In this document: piece after piece, positions 27,797 through 38,773 of the stretch
Position numbering within the stretch: the first letter of the stretch is position 1
Layout: every line of letters starts with the position of its first letter
Made by a program: the position numbers and the translations under genes
NCBI GenBank assembly: GCA_044341405.1
Contig: JBIIRT010000002.1
Location: 1,324-65,323, forward strand
Origin: Daejeonella sp.
GTDB lineage: Bacteria; Bacteroidota; Bacteroidia; Sphingobacteriales; Sphingobacteriaceae
Length of the DNA: 64,000 bases
Reading direction: 5' to 3'
Notes under the pieces: generated by a model
Told to the model about the DNA's origin: nothing
The model's database searches: none
What the model saw: the letters and a program-made list of their open reading frames with translations, nothing else

Positions 27797-28693
27797 ATGC
27801 AACGTAGAAAATTTTTACAGGGAACCGGACTTTCATTGGCTATGTTAGCTACTTTAAATAATAATGCGCTGGCTAAACTTCTGATGCAGCCTGCTTATAA
27901 GTTCACTCCATTAAGAAATGACGTAGGTATTTTCACGGAGCAGGGTGGTACTGTTGCCTGGTTGTCAAATACTTCTGGAATAGTAGTGGTCGATACCCAG
28001 TTTGTTGATCAGGCCACTCATTTGATCACAGAGCTTAAGAAAATTTCCTCCAAGCCAATAAATTTCCTAATCAATACACATCATCATGGTGACCATACAG
28101 GAGGGAACCTCGCCTTTAAAGGATTGGCTGAGAAAGTGGTTGGACATGCAAATTGTCTTGCTAATCATCAAAAGATTGCATCTGCTCAGAAATCTCAAGA
28201 TAAACAACTTTTTGCCGATACCGTATTTCAGGATCAATGGAAAGCTAAGGTAGGTACTGAACGTATTCAAGCGCATTATTTTGGAGCAGGACATACAAAT
28301 GGGGATATAGTTGTGCATTTTGAGAATGCCAATATCGCACATATGGGGGATCTTATGTTTAATAAGCGTTTTCCTTTCATCGATAGGGCAGGAGGCGCAA
28401 ATATTCAAAGCTGGATTAATGTATTGGATAAAACAGTCGCTAAATTCGATAAGGATACTTTATTTGTATTTGGTCATTCTGCGGATCCGTTAAAAGTTAC
28501 AGGTGGCAAAGAAGAAATTAGGGCAATGCAGAATTACCTTGAAAAACTACTTTCTTTTGTTAAGAATGAAATAAAAGCTGGCAAATCGAAAGAAGATGTT
28601 TTAAAAGCCCAAAGCATTCCTGGTGCGGAAGATTTTCAGGGTCAGGGAATCCAAAGGAGCCTGACTGCTGCTTTTGAGGAATTAAGTTTGTAG
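27797..28693 (+). CDS. MBL-fold metallo-hydrolase (cyclase-like) with a Tat-type signal
   Basis: MQRRKFL twin-arginine signal, NTHHHGDHTGGN, GHTNGD, HMGDL, GH. Confidence 0.85.
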   Translation: MQRRKFLQGTGLSLAMLATLNNNALAKLLMQPAYKFTPLRNDVGIFTEQGGTVAWLSNTSGIVVVDTQFVDQATHLITELKKISSKPINFLINTHHHGDHTGGNLAFKGLAEKVVGHANCLANHQKIASAQKSQDKQLFADTVFQDQWKAKVGTERIQAHYFGAGHTNGDIVVHFENANIAHMGDLMFNKRFPFIDRAGGANIQSWINVLDKTVAKFDKDTLFVFGHSADPLKVTGGKEEIRAMQNYLEKLLSFVKNEIKAGKSKEDVLKAQSIPGAEDFQGQGIQRSLTAAFEELSL

Positions 28694-28749
28694 TTTTATT
28701 GTTAATAATTAAAAATTCATACTAGTTATAGTTTAGAGAATTTTAACGG

Positions 28750-29592
28750 TTAGGCCAGCATCTTCAGAAAAGATCCTAATTTTTCCTTCATTTGCCTTCT
28801 GTCAACTATAAAGTCTAGAAATCCATGTTCCAGTACGAATTCTGAAGTCTGAAAACCTTTTGGAAGATCTTTTTTGATGGTTTCTTTGATTACCCTCGGA
28901 CCTGCAAAGCCAATTAAAGCCCCAGGTTCTGAAATATTGATGTCGCCTAGCATCGCATAAGAAGCAGTAACACCACCGGTTGTTGGATCAGTAAGTAATG
29001 ATATGTATGGGATCTTAGCCTTGCTCAACAAGGCTAATTTAGCTGAAGTTTTTGCCATTTGCATCAATGAAAAAGCGGCTTCCATCATCCTTGCACCGCC
29101 TGATTTTGATATCATCATGAAAGGAATTTTGTGCTTGATACTGAAATCAATTGAACGTGCAATTTTCTCACCTACAACCGAACCCATTGATCCGCCAATA
29201 AAATTAAAGTCCATACAAGCAATGACTAAATCCTGTCCTGCTAACTTACCTGAAGCAGCACGTATTGCATCGTTTAAGCCTGTTTTCTCATAACTTTCCT
29301 CCAGTCTTTCGGTATACTTTTTTGTATCAGTAAAGCTCAAAGGATCAGCTGACCTTATATTGGGGTATATTTCGGTGAATTCATTGTTGTCGAAAAGAAT
29401 TTCGAAGTACTCTTTTGAGCCGATTCGCAAATGATAGGCACAGTATTGGCAAACATACTTGTTCTCTACCTGTTCTGCGTAATGCAGCGGTTTCTTACAT
29501 GAGGGACATTTATTCCACAACCCATCGGGTGTTTCTTTCTTTTCTTCTGTGGAAGTTATAATCCCCTTTTTTTCTCTCTTAAACCAGGCCAT
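28750..29592 (-). CDS. accD: Acetyl-CoA carboxylase carboxyltransferase beta subunit
   Basis: [32 protein letters not shown]. Confidence 0.97.
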   Translation of the reverse strand: MAWFKREKKGIITSTEEKKETPDGLWNKCPSCKKPLHYAEQVENKYVCQYCAYHLRIGSKEYFEILFDNNEFTEIYPNIRSADPLSFTDTKKYTERLEESYEKTGLNDAIRAASGKLAGQDLVIACMDFNFIGGSMGSVVGEKIARSIDFSIKHKIPFMMISKSGGARMMEAAFSLMQMAKTSAKLALLSKAKIPYISLLTDPTTGGVTASYAMLGDINISEPGALIGFAGPRVIKETIKKDLPKGFQTSEFVLEHGFLDFIVDRRQMKEKLGSFLKMLA

Positions 29593-29756
29593 TTTGGATT
29601 TGTGTATACCTTACAAAGAAACAAAAATTTTAAGAAAGCAATGCTCCTCAAAATGATAGAATTAAAATATCCTTAAATGGATATAATAATTAAGCTCATT
29701 GCTTGATTTTGAGGCTATTTTTCATATTTTCGGTCATCGTATAAAAAATTAAAATC

Positions 29757-30836
29757 ATGAGTTTAAAAGAGTTTAAGGGAGTTTTGCATGGTGATGCGGT
29801 TCAGGAATTATTTGAAGTTGCAAAAAAACATCAGTTTGCCCTGCCAGCGGTTAATGTAATTGGTACAAATTCTATCAATGCAGTAATGGAGACAGCTAAG
29901 TCTGTTAACTCCCCTGTAATTATTCAGCTTTCAAATGGTGGCGCACAATTCTACGCAGGCAAGTCGTTGAATAATGATAATTTAAACGCATGTATACTTG
30001 GAGGTGTGTCAGCAGCACAACATGTTCATCTCCTTGCAGAGCATTACGGTGTAGCTGTGATTTTACATACCGATCATGCCGCCAAGAAACTTTTACCCTG
30101 GATTGATGGACTATTAGACCATGGTGAACGTTTTTTTGCACAACATGGTAAACCTCTTTACTCCTCGCACATGCTGGATCTTTCTGAAGAACCAATTGAA
30201 GAGAATATTGAAGTCAGTAAAAAGTATTTAAGCCGGATGAAGGGATTGGGCATGACTCTTGAAATTGAACTGGGGGTAACTGGTGGAGAAGAAGATGGTG
30301 TAGATAACAGTGATGTAGACAGCTCAAAATTGTATACTCAGCCTTCGGAAGTAGCCTATGCCTACAAAGAATTAAGTACAATTAGTGAAAAATTTACTGT
30401 CGCTGCTGCCTTTGGAAATGTTCATGGTGTCTACAAGCCTGGTAACGTCAAACTACAGCCGGTAATTCTGAAGAATTCTCAGGACTTTGTTCGTTCTGAG
30501 TTCAATATACATGCTGAGAAACCTGTAAATTTTGTATTTCATGGCGGCTCAGGATCCTCACAGGAAGAAATTCGTGAGGCAATATCCTATGGAGCTATCA
30601 AAATGAATATTGATACAGATATGCAATGGGCTTTCTGGGAAGGTATAAAAGACTATTATCAGTTAAAAGAGGCATATCTTCAAAGTCAGATCGGTAACCC
30701 GGAAGGAGAGGACTCGCCTAATAAGAAATATTACGATCCGCGGGTATGGCTTCGAAAAGGCGAAGATAATTTTGTTAAAAGATTGACCAAGGCTTTTGAA
30801 GATCTCAACTGTCTTAATGTTAACGACAAGCTCTAG
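29757..30836 (+). CDS. fbaA: Class II fructose-bisphosphate aldolase
   Basis: LHTDHAAKKLLPW, ELGVTGGEEDG, FGNVHGVY, VFHGGSGS. Confidence 0.97.
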   Translation: MSLKEFKGVLHGDAVQELFEVAKKHQFALPAVNVIGTNSINAVMETAKSVNSPVIIQLSNGGAQFYAGKSLNNDNLNACILGGVSAAQHVHLLAEHYGVAVILHTDHAAKKLLPWIDGLLDHGERFFAQHGKPLYSSHMLDLSEEPIEENIEVSKKYLSRMKGLGMTLEIELGVTGGEEDGVDNSDVDSSKLYTQPSEVAYAYKELSTISEKFTVAAAFGNVHGVYKPGNVKLQPVILKNSQDFVRSEFNIHAEKPVNFVFHGGSGSSQEEIREAISYGAIKMNIDTDMQWAFWEGIKDYYQLKEAYLQSQIGNPEGEDSPNKKYYDPRVWLRKGEDNFVKRLTKAFEDLNCLNVNDKL

Positions 30837-30891
30837 TTTATTTATAAGGGCTTAAAGTGATGCTTGCCCTTTTCCATATTTAAAGCAGTTT

Positions 30892-31323
30892 ATGAAAATG
30901 GAGGATCAAATAAAAGTTGAACGGGTAAGTAATGAAGAAGATCTTCAGCAAGTTTTTGCTATCCGAAGAAAAGTGTTTGTTGATGAACAAAATTGTCCTC
31001 CCGAGCTGGAATGGGAATTTGAAGATGTTTCTGTACACTTTCTTGGTACGTTCAATGGTGTGCCTGCGGGTGCTTCGCGCTGGCGTAAAACCGACAAAGG
31101 GTACAAACTCGAACGTTTTGCCGTGTTAAAAGAATTCAGAGGAAATGGAATGGGAAGGGCATTGGTTTCTGCAGTTTTAAATGACCTTCCTCAGGGCGCT
31201 GAGTATGTTTATTTGCATGCACAGCTTGATGCAATGTCATTATATGCTAAATTCGGATTTGAAAAGGCAGGTGAACAGTTTGAAGAGGCAGGGATACAGC
31301 ATTTTAAAATGATCCTTGAGTAA
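30892..31323 (+). CDS. GNAT family N-acetyltransferase (ElaA/YjcF-like)
   Basis: IRRKVFVDEQ, ERFAVL..FRG.G.G, LHAQ, FEEAGI.H. Confidence 0.9.
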   Translation: MKMEDQIKVERVSNEEDLQQVFAIRRKVFVDEQNCPPELEWEFEDVSVHFLGTFNGVPAGASRWRKTDKGYKLERFAVLKEFRGNGMGRALVSAVLNDLPQGAEYVYLHAQLDAMSLYAKFGFEKAGEQFEEAGIQHFKMILE

Positions 31324-31524
31324 ACTAGTTATCAGTGAGCAGTTGTCAGTTACCGGAGTAGTTATGCCTGGCAAGCATTATAATTTCAACTTCTTTGCCT
31401 TTTAAACGTTTTGCTAATTCAATTCCACCAATTCCACATCCAATAATTAATTCTTTGGGAAATGAAGACGATTTAATTAGAGGTTTTTCCATAGCTATGT
31501 TTTATATATAATTCTTGTTGAAAT

Positions 31525-31845
31525 CTAAAGTTCATCCCCTCTGATTCGGAAAATCATGCCATTTAGATTTTCAGACATTCTAATCTGGCAGGCAAGTCTG
31601 CTATCAAATCCTGCATCAGGCAGGGTGTCAAGCATGTCCATCTCTTCATTTCCGGCTTCCGGCAAATCTTCAAGGCCTTTCAGCACCTGTACATGACAGG
31701 TTGCGCATAAAGCCATGCCTCCACAGGTTGCCAGAATATTGTATTCTGAGGCCTTTAAAACCTCCATTAAACTCAGACTGATTTCTTCAGGAATCTCAAT
31801 AGACTGTTGCTCTCCGTTCCTATCTTCAATTGTAATATTGATCAT
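31525..31845 (-). CDS. [2Fe-2S] ferredoxin (ISC/adrenodoxin type)
   Basis: CGGMALCATCH...SRLACQ. Confidence 0.93.
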   Translation of the reverse strand: MINITIEDRNGEQQSIEIPEEISLSLMEVLKASEYNILATCGGMALCATCHVQVLKGLEDLPEAGNEEMDMLDTLPDAGFDSRLACQIRMSENLNGMIFRIRGDEL

Positions 31846-31846
31846 T

Positions 31847-32851
31847 TTAGAATGCGTTAACGCCGTAAACTGTCGTGTATTTAAAACTTAATTTTTGATC
31901 GGGATATACATATTTGAAGGCACTTTGAACCATTAATGCCGCTTCATGAAATCCACATAAAATCAACTTCAGCTTTCCAGGATAGGTGTTTATATCTCCG
32001 ATTGCATAAATACGATCTACATTGGTTGAATAATCTAACGTATCAACTAATATGGCAGATTTATCAATAGTCAGACCCCAGTTTGCAATCGGGCCCAATT
32101 TCGGACTCAATCCAAATAATGGGATTAAATAATCCGTTTGAATCGTTCTGTTAACCTGATCCCTTCCTACGATAGATACTTCCCTCAGACTATCTTTACC
32201 GCTTACACTTAGTAAGTTTGACTGAAGGATTAAATCGATTTTGCCTTGATTAGCCAGTTCATGCACTTTTTCTGCAGAATCGGGTGCTCCTCTGAAAGTA
32301 TCACCACGATGAATTAAGGTTACCCTTTGGGCGATATCAGCTAAAAATATCGTCCAGTCTAGTGCAGAATCTCCACCACCTGCTAGTATAACACGTTTAT
32401 TTCTGAAGTTTTCAGGTTTTTTAACCATGTATTCTACCCCTTTACCTTCAAAGTCAAGTAATCCCTGGATTTCAGGCTTGCGAGGTTCGAAACATCCTAG
32501 TCCACCGGCAATTACAACAACCTGACAATGAACTTTTGTTGCATCATTAGTACCAACAATAAAGGAACCGTCTTCCTGCTTTTCAAGGGATTCAACCCGT
32601 TCTCCAAGTGTAAACCCGGGGTCGAAGGGTGCAATTTGTTCCATTAGACGTTCAACTAGCTCCTGTGCCTTTATTTCGGGGTAACCTGGTATATCATAAA
32701 TAGGCTTTTGGGGATAGATCTCAGATAATTGACCGCCTATTTGAGGTAGAGTGTCAATTAGATGGCACCTCATTTTGAGTAATCCTGCCTCAAATACAGC
32801 AAACAGTCCCACAGGGCCTGCTCCAATTATGCAAATGTCTGTAGATATCAT
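31847..32851 (-). CDS. Ferredoxin-NADP+ reductase (TrxB-like, YumC type)
   Basis: GAGPVGL, IYDIPG, GGGDSALDW, AIGD..TYPGKLKLI; no CxxC. Confidence 0.88.
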   Translation of the reverse strand: MISTDICIIGAGPVGLFAVFEAGLLKMRCHLIDTLPQIGGQLSEIYPQKPIYDIPGYPEIKAQELVERLMEQIAPFDPGFTLGERVESLEKQEDGSFIVGTNDATKVHCQVVVIAGGLGCFEPRKPEIQGLLDFEGKGVEYMVKKPENFRNKRVILAGGGDSALDWTIFLADIAQRVTLIHRGDTFRGAPDSAEKVHELANQGKIDLILQSNLLSVSGKDSLREVSIVGRDQVNRTIQTDYLIPLFGLSPKLGPIANWGLTIDKSAILVDTLDYSTNVDRIYAIGDINTYPGKLKLILCGFHEAALMVQSAFKYVYPDQKLSFKYTTVYGVNAF

Positions 32852-32876
32852 TTTATTAAATAGTATTAAGTTTTAT

Positions 32877-33335
32877 CTATAATTCTGTTAAAAGCTTCTC
32901 TTGTTCATCAAGATTCATATAGATCGTATCCAGAATCCGCTTCAAATTCTTGTAATCTTCTTCTGTAAGATTTTGCCAGGCTTTCATTCTGATTTCAGCC
33001 ATGTTTGGCTCCCATTCTGCGACTCGCTGAATGCCCAGTTTAGTTAGATGTATCGTAAAACATCGTCGGTCATTAGCTTGAATCTTTCTTTCAGTAAGAC
33101 CCTTCTTGCACAATAGATCTATAATTCGGGTTAAGGTAGGGTGATCTTTTCCGGTAATTTCGGCTAACTGACTCTGATTTAAATCATTATTGTTGTTCAG
33201 GTTTTTTATAATCAACCACTGGTCTACGGTGATATCGTAGTTTGCTGCATTGAAGCGGCGTTGAGCATACTGCTTCACCTTACGCGCAGTTCTGTCAAGC
33301 AGGTAGGAATACGTGCTAAATAATTCTATTGCCAT
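32877..33335 (-). CDS. MarR family transcriptional regulator
   Basis: ITVDQW, Q.QLA, DHPTLTRIIDLL..KGL..R, DRR. Confidence 0.92.
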   Translation of the reverse strand: MAIELFSTYSYLLDRTARKVKQYAQRRFNAANYDITVDQWLIIKNLNNNNDLNQSQLAEITGKDHPTLTRIIDLLCKKGLTERKIQANDRRCFTIHLTKLGIQRVAEWEPNMAEIRMKAWQNLTEEDYKNLKRILDTIYMNLDEQEKLLTEL

Positions 33336-33381
33336 ACTTATTGTTAGTATGACAAATATCTATATAATTTTATGATAAAAC

Positions 33382-33415
33382 AAAAAAAAAGCATCCGCCC
33401 ATGGGCGGATGCTTT
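33382..33415 (-). terminator. Intrinsic terminator of secDF
   Basis: AAAGCATCCGCCC-AT-GGGCGGATGCTTT with an A9 tract (U tract on minus). Confidence 0.88.
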
Positions 33416-33437
33416 AAAATATATTCAAAAGAATTGC

Positions 33438-36392
33438 TTATGCTTTTGTTTTATCTTTTTCTTTAATAAATTCTACAACAAATGGTGTTGCAACAAACAG
33501 CGAAGAATAAGTACCAAATATTACTCCAATTAGCATTGCAAAGGAGAAACCTCTCAATATTTCACCACCAAAGATGAAAATGATAAGCAATACTGCGATA
33601 GTACAAACACCGGTGATAACTGTTCGGCTTAATGTGCTGTTCAAAGCGTTGTTAATGACAGAAGGAAGATCTTCATTTTTGGAGTGATGTTGATCAATAT
33701 ACTCACGCACTCTGTCAAATACAACCACAGTATCGTTAATTGAATAACCCATTACGGTTAATATAGCTGCTATAAATGCTTGATCTATATCTAAAGAGAA
33801 AGGTAGCCAACCATTAAATAAGGTGAAGATTGCAAGTAGTACCAACACATCATGTACAAGTGCAAGAATTGCTGCAAAACCAAATGCCATCCTTTTGAAT
33901 CTTGCTAGGATGTATAGGAATATGACAAGAATAGAGAAAATAGTAGCGTAAATAGCTGAAGTTTTAATGTCTTCGGCAATTGTAGGGGTAACTTTCTGTG
34001 AATCTTTTATTTCATAAACAGGGTTTATCTTTTTCAAACCTGATGCCAGCTTTTCACTTACCTGATCGTTTGCCTGATCTGAATTATCATTAATCAGGTA
34101 AGCTGTAGTAATCTTAACTTGGTTTGACGATCCGAAAGTTTTTACTTCGACTGCAGTCCCAAATTCATTAATCAAGACTGAACGTACATTTTCAACTTCA
34201 ACTGGTTTATCAAATGCAACAAAATAAGACCTTCCACCCTGAAAATCTACACCAAGACTGAATCCCTGAGTAAAGGCAGAGATGATACCGGCAAAGATTA
34301 TCGCTGCTGAAAGATAATAAAAACGCTTTCTACCTGTTATGAAATCAAATTTAGAGTCTTTAAATAGGTTCTCAGTTGCCTTAATTGAAAAACTGATCGG
34401 CTTTTTTCTGTCAAGTAACCATTCAAATACCAATCTTGAAATGAATATTGCAGCAAACAGGGAAGTGATGATACCAATCATTAGGGTGGTAGCAAAACCT
34501 ACAATTGGACCTTGTCCGAATACATAAAGGATAACACCAGTTAAGAAAGTAGTAATATTTGAGTCTAGGATGGATGGCATTGCCTTTTTAAATCCTTCAG
34601 TAATTGCTAACCTGGCCGATTTTCCCGTTGACAACTCTTCACGAATTCTTTCATAGATCAGAACGTTTGCATCCACAGACATACCTAATGATAGTACGAT
34701 ACCTGCAATACCTGGTAAGGTTAAAACAGCACCTAAGGATGCGAGTACTCCCATCAGGAAGAATAAGTTTACTAAAAGAGCAATATTAGCAACTAAACCG
34801 GCTGTACTGTAGTACATCGCCATGAATAGAAGGATAAATATTATACCGGCAATAGTAGAAACTAAACCTGCTGAAATTGACGCCGCTCCTAGGGATGGAC
34901 CAACGACATAATCACTTACAATTTTTGCAGGTGCAGGTAATCTTCCTGCTTTTAAAACATTTGCAAGATCCTGAGTATCTTCTACTTTAAAGGTACCGCT
35001 GATGGATGAAATTCCATTTGGTATTTCTCCCTGCACTGTAGGAGCAGAGTAAACCAAATTATCCAAAACGATAGCAATGCTCTTTTTATTATTTGGATCA
35101 GCTGATGCTGCAGCAGTTATTGATCTCCATGCGCGTCCACCATCGGCATTCATAACCATTACAACCTCCGGATTACCCTTCTGGTCATAATCAGAACGTG
35201 CATCAGAAATTACCTCACCTTCCAAGGCTGGTCCGCCACCTAGATTACTAGTTTTTAAAGCATAAAGTTCAAAAACTTTACTTTCTTCTGAAATAGCTTT
35301 AACTCCCCAGTATAATCTGATATTTTGTGGGATAACTGCTCTAACAGCTGCTGATGAAAGGTATGAGTTCACTTTTGCAGTGTCTTTAAGCACTGCATAT
35401 CCAACTACTGGTCCCGGACGTAAATTAGACTGACCATCTTGTCCCTGATACGTTGCAGGGTTTAAAATTGAAAACAAGGGGTTTTGTTTTGCTTGCTCAG
35501 CTTGTACTTTACTCAATAAAGCAGCGCTGTCAACTGCAGAACTATCTTTTTTACCCAAGGCAGCAAGTTTACTTTTACTTGTATCCTGAGTGGCAGATGC
35601 GCTAGAAGTATCAGTAGATTTAATGGTTGAAGCTAAAATACTATTTACGTTCTGCAGCAAACCAAAAATCTCAGAATTTTCGTAAGTCTCCCAAAATTCT
35701 AGTTTTGCTGATCCCTGAAGTAGTTTGCGAACACGATCAGGATCTGTGACTCCTGGAAGTTCAATAAGGATACGATTGGTTCCCTGTTGTTTTTGTATGT
35801 TAGGAGAGGTTACTCCAAACTTATCAATACGAGTACGAAGAATATTAAAAGAAAGGTCGATTGCGCCATCAGCAGATTTCCTGAGGAAATTTAAAACATC
35901 CTGATTACTGGCATCAATTTTAAGATTTGCTGAATTTTCTTTTGTTGCAAATAATGGGGATAGGTTAGTGTTCGGACTAATTTTTTCAAACTCTCTTCCA
36001 AAAGCTCCTATAAAATCAGTTTCACCTATTGCCATAGCTGCTTCGGCATTTCTAATGGCAGCATTGAAATTTGCATCTGTGCTGTTATTGGCAAGGTTAC
36101 GAACCATTTCACTCAAGGAGATCTCCATAGTTACGTTCATACCCCCCTTAAGATCTAGTCCAAGAGGTATTTCACGTTCCTTTGCATATTGATAGGTAAT
36201 ATAATCAAGACTGCTATAAACGGGCAATGAGGCCACAGAATCAAGATAAATCTTCTCTTTTATAGCATCACCTTTTGCAAATTCTTTTGCATCTTTTTCA
36301 ACTTTATTCGCTATCCATGTAAACGAGAGGGAATACAAACACGCTATTGTAAGCGCAATTGCTGCGAATTTTACTAATCCTTTACCTTGCAT
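33438..36392 (-). CDS. secDF: Protein translocase subunit SecDF (fused)
   Basis: LGLDLKGG, RIDKFGV, GMSVDANVLIYERIREE, GVDFQGG, GYSINDTVVVFDRVRE. Confidence 0.97.
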   Translation of the reverse strand: MQGKGLVKFAAIALTIACLYSLSFTWIANKVEKDAKEFAKGDAIKEKIYLDSVASLPVYSSLDYITYQYAKEREIPLGLDLKGGMNVTMEISLSEMVRNLANNSTDANFNAAIRNAEAAMAIGETDFIGAFGREFEKISPNTNLSPLFATKENSANLKIDASNQDVLNFLRKSADGAIDLSFNILRTRIDKFGVTSPNIQKQQGTNRILIELPGVTDPDRVRKLLQGSAKLEFWETYENSEIFGLLQNVNSILASTIKSTDTSSASATQDTSKSKLAALGKKDSSAVDSAALLSKVQAEQAKQNPLFSILNPATYQGQDGQSNLRPGPVVGYAVLKDTAKVNSYLSSAAVRAVIPQNIRLYWGVKAISEESKVFELYALKTSNLGGGPALEGEVISDARSDYDQKGNPEVVMVMNADGGRAWRSITAAASADPNNKKSIAIVLDNLVYSAPTVQGEIPNGISSISGTFKVEDTQDLANVLKAGRLPAPAKIVSDYVVGPSLGAASISAGLVSTIAGIIFILLFMAMYYSTAGLVANIALLVNLFFLMGVLASLGAVLTLPGIAGIVLSLGMSVDANVLIYERIREELSTGKSARLAITEGFKKAMPSILDSNITTFLTGVILYVFGQGPIVGFATTLMIGIITSLFAAIFISRLVFEWLLDRKKPISFSIKATENLFKDSKFDFITGRKRFYYLSAAIIFAGIISAFTQGFSLGVDFQGGRSYFVAFDKPVEVENVRSVLINEFGTAVEVKTFGSSNQVKITTAYLINDNSDQANDQVSEKLASGLKKINPVYEIKDSQKVTPTIAEDIKTSAIYATIFSILVIFLYILARFKRMAFGFAAILALVHDVLVLLAIFTLFNGWLPFSLDIDQAFIAAILTVMGYSINDTVVVFDRVREYIDQHHSKNEDLPSVINNALNSTLSRTVITGVCTIAVLLIIFIFGGEILRGFSFAMLIGVIFGTYSSLFVATPFVVEFIKEKDKTKA

Positions 36393-36444
36393 TTTATTTT
36401 AATTGTCAGTTAATGTTGATTTAAGCCTATTTTGGTTAAGACGC

Positions 36445-36452
36445 CAAAGCTA
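36445..36452 (-). promoter_or_regulatory. Bacteroidota -7 box for secDF
   Basis: TAGCTTTG on the minus strand matches TAnnTTTG. Confidence 0.55.
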
Positions 36453-36507
36453 ACTAAATTTTTGTTTTTTGGAATAATTCTTTAACACAGAAAATTAAAG
36501 AAGAAAT

Positions 36508-36993
36508 TCAGCTTTTCTTATACTTTATAAAACTATAAGAATATAAGTTCTTTTCATCAGGTTCATGTAGATTTTTTTCTTCTTCGATCCATTCCTTCGC
36601 TTTGATCTCTGGGAAAAATACATCTGCATTAAAATCTTCGTGAATGATTGTAAGATAAAGGACATCAGCTATTGCTATTGCCTGTTCAAATATCTGTGCG
36701 CCCCCGATTATGAATACATCTTCTTCATTTGCACACAATTCAATTGCATTTTTTAGTGAATTGCAAACCTCAGCACCCGCTATTAAAAGACCGGATTGTC
36801 TGCTAATTACTATATTTCTTCTATTTGGCAGAGCTTTTCCGATAGAATCAAAGGTTTTTCGACCCATAATAACCGGATGACCTGTGGTAATCGTTTTAAA
36901 ATGTTTCAAATCTGCCGGTAGATGCCAGGGCAAGAGATTGTCTTTACCAATACCGTTCTTCTTATCAATAGCAACAATCAGATTAATATTCAT
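36508..36993 (-). CDS. folA: Dihydrofolate reductase
   Basis: LPWHLPADLKHFK, IMGRKTF, LPNRRNIV, IIGGAQI. Confidence 0.96.
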   Translation of the reverse strand: MNINLIVAIDKKNGIGKDNLLPWHLPADLKHFKTITTGHPVIMGRKTFDSIGKALPNRRNIVISRQSGLLIAGAEVCNSLKNAIELCANEEDVFIIGGAQIFEQAIAIADVLYLTIIHEDFNADVFFPEIKAKEWIEEEKNLHEPDEKNLYSYSFIKYKKS

Positions 36994-37002
36994 ATACTTA
37001 AA

Positions 37003-37797
37003 TTAAATGGCTACAGCTCCTTTTATATGTGGATGTGGATCATAATTTTCAAGACTGAAGTCTTCAAATTTAAAATCAAAAATATCTTTGATCTCCGGAT
37101 TTAGCTTCATTAATGGAAGAACTTTACATTCCCTACTCAATTGCAGCCTGGTTTGTTCAAGGTGATTATTGTATAGATGTGCATCTCCAAAGGTGTGTAC
37201 AAAATCTCCGGTTTGCAATCCGCAAACTTGTGCAACCATCATGGTTAAAAGGGCGTATGAAGCAATATTGAAGGGTACTCCCAAAAAAATGTCTGCACTC
37301 CGCTGATAAAGCTGGCAGCTTAATTTTCCATCTGCAACATAAAATTGAAAAAAACTATGACAGGGTGGAAGCGCCATATTTTCAATCTCCGCAACATTCC
37401 ATGCAGACACAATCAGTCGTCTTGAATCAGGATTAGTACTTATTTGTTTTATAACTTGTGAAATCTGATCGATGTGCCCTCCATTCGGGGTAGGCCAAGA
37501 GCGCCATTGAGATCCATAAACAGGTCCGAGTTCGCCAGTATCATCTGCCCATTCATCCCAGATACTAACCCCATTGTCCTTTAGGTATTTAATATTAGTT
37601 TCACCTTTCAAAAACCAAATCAATTCATGTATTATAGATCTCAGGTGCACTTTTTTGGTGGTCACTAGCGGAAAACCATCCTGAAGATTGAAACGCATCT
37701 GATACCCAAATACACTGATCGTTCCGGTTCCTGTCCGATCGTGTTTTTGGGTTCCATTTTGTAGAACATGTTGCATTAATTCGTGATATTGTTTCAT
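37003..37797 (-). CDS. thyA: Thymidylate synthase
   Basis: [32 protein letters not shown]. Confidence 0.98.
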   Translation of the reverse strand: MKQYHELMQHVLQNGTQKHDRTGTGTISVFGYQMRFNLQDGFPLVTTKKVHLRSIIHELIWFLKGETNIKYLKDNGVSIWDEWADDTGELGPVYGSQWRSWPTPNGGHIDQISQVIKQISTNPDSRRLIVSAWNVAEIENMALPPCHSFFQFYVADGKLSCQLYQRSADIFLGVPFNIASYALLTMMVAQVCGLQTGDFVHTFGDAHLYNNHLEQTRLQLSRECKVLPLMKLNPEIKDIFDFKFEDFSLENYDPHPHIKGAVAI

Positions 37798-37803
37798 AAT
37801 CGG

Positions 37804-37838
37804 GTTATCTGTTACCTGTTATCTTTTATCTGTTGTCT
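37804..37838. repeat. Heptamer array (GTTATCT-like, 5 units) just upstream of thyA
   Basis: GTTATCT GTTACCT GTTATCT TTTATCT GTTGTCT. Confidence 0.7.
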
Positions 37839-37963
37839 AGAGTTTAAAGTTTAAGTCTTAAAACTTATTAATAAAACTTAATACTTACAACTTAAGTGCA
37901 AATAAAATAAATGTAATTTTGGCATCCTAAAATTGTTTATAAATATATCAGTATGTTCACAAT

Positions 37964-38773
37964 ATGATACTTTTTCCGAATGCTAAAATCAATATAGGCT
38001 TAAATATTGTAAGCAAGCGTCCCGATGGTTTTCATAATCTGGAGTCAATATTTTACCCACTTGCTATCAAAGATGCTCTAGAAGTGATCGAGGATGATAA
38101 TTTGCAGTTTAGTTCTTCTGGTATTGCTATTCCCGGAGCTTCAAATGATAATCTCTGCCTTAAAGCATATCATTTATTGAAACAAGATTTTAAGACGCTC
38201 CCTCCGGTCAGGATTCATTTGCATAAGAATATACCCATTGGCGCCGGATTGGGAGGTGGATCTGCAGATGCATCTTTTTTTATCCGTATGATGAATCAAA
38301 AATTTGATCTTCAAATGGATAATTCCAAAATGGAACACTATGCCTCTAAAATAGGTTCTGATTGTGCTTTTTTTATTCAGAACAAGCCTGCTTATGCACT
38401 TGAAAAGGGCGATCAGCTAAGTCCTTTGGATCTGAATCTGGATAGTTATTTTTTCGTTTTAATAATGCCTGAGGTTCAAGTTTCAACCGCTGAAGCGTAT
38501 CGTGGTGTTCGTGTTTCCCCGAATGATATGCCATTAACGGAGCTTATTAAACTTCCCATTACTGAGTGGAAATTCCATATCAAAAATGATTTTGAACCTT
38601 CAGTCTTTTCAAAATATTCTGTAATCGCCCAAATAAAGGATTCATTGTATGAGGCCGGAGCATTGTACGCATCTATGAGCGGTAGCGGATCATCGGTTTA
38701 CGGAATTTTTAATGAGCCAACGAAATTGCCTCAACTGGAGAAGTTAAACAAGGTTTTTTATGTGTTGAATTGA
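37964..38773 (+). CDS. ispE: 4-diphosphocytidyl-2-C-methyl-D-erythritol kinase
   Basis: PNAKINIGL, KNIPIGAGLGGGSAD, IGSDC, MSGSGS. Confidence 0.95.
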   Translation: MILFPNAKINIGLNIVSKRPDGFHNLESIFYPLAIKDALEVIEDDNLQFSSSGIAIPGASNDNLCLKAYHLLKQDFKTLPPVRIHLHKNIPIGAGLGGGSADASFFIRMMNQKFDLQMDNSKMEHYASKIGSDCAFFIQNKPAYALEKGDQLSPLDLNLDSYFFVLIMPEVQVSTAEAYRGVRVSPNDMPLTELIKLPITEWKFHIKNDFEPSVFSKYSVIAQIKDSLYEAGALYASMSGSGSSVYGIFNEPTKLPQLEKLNKVFYVLN

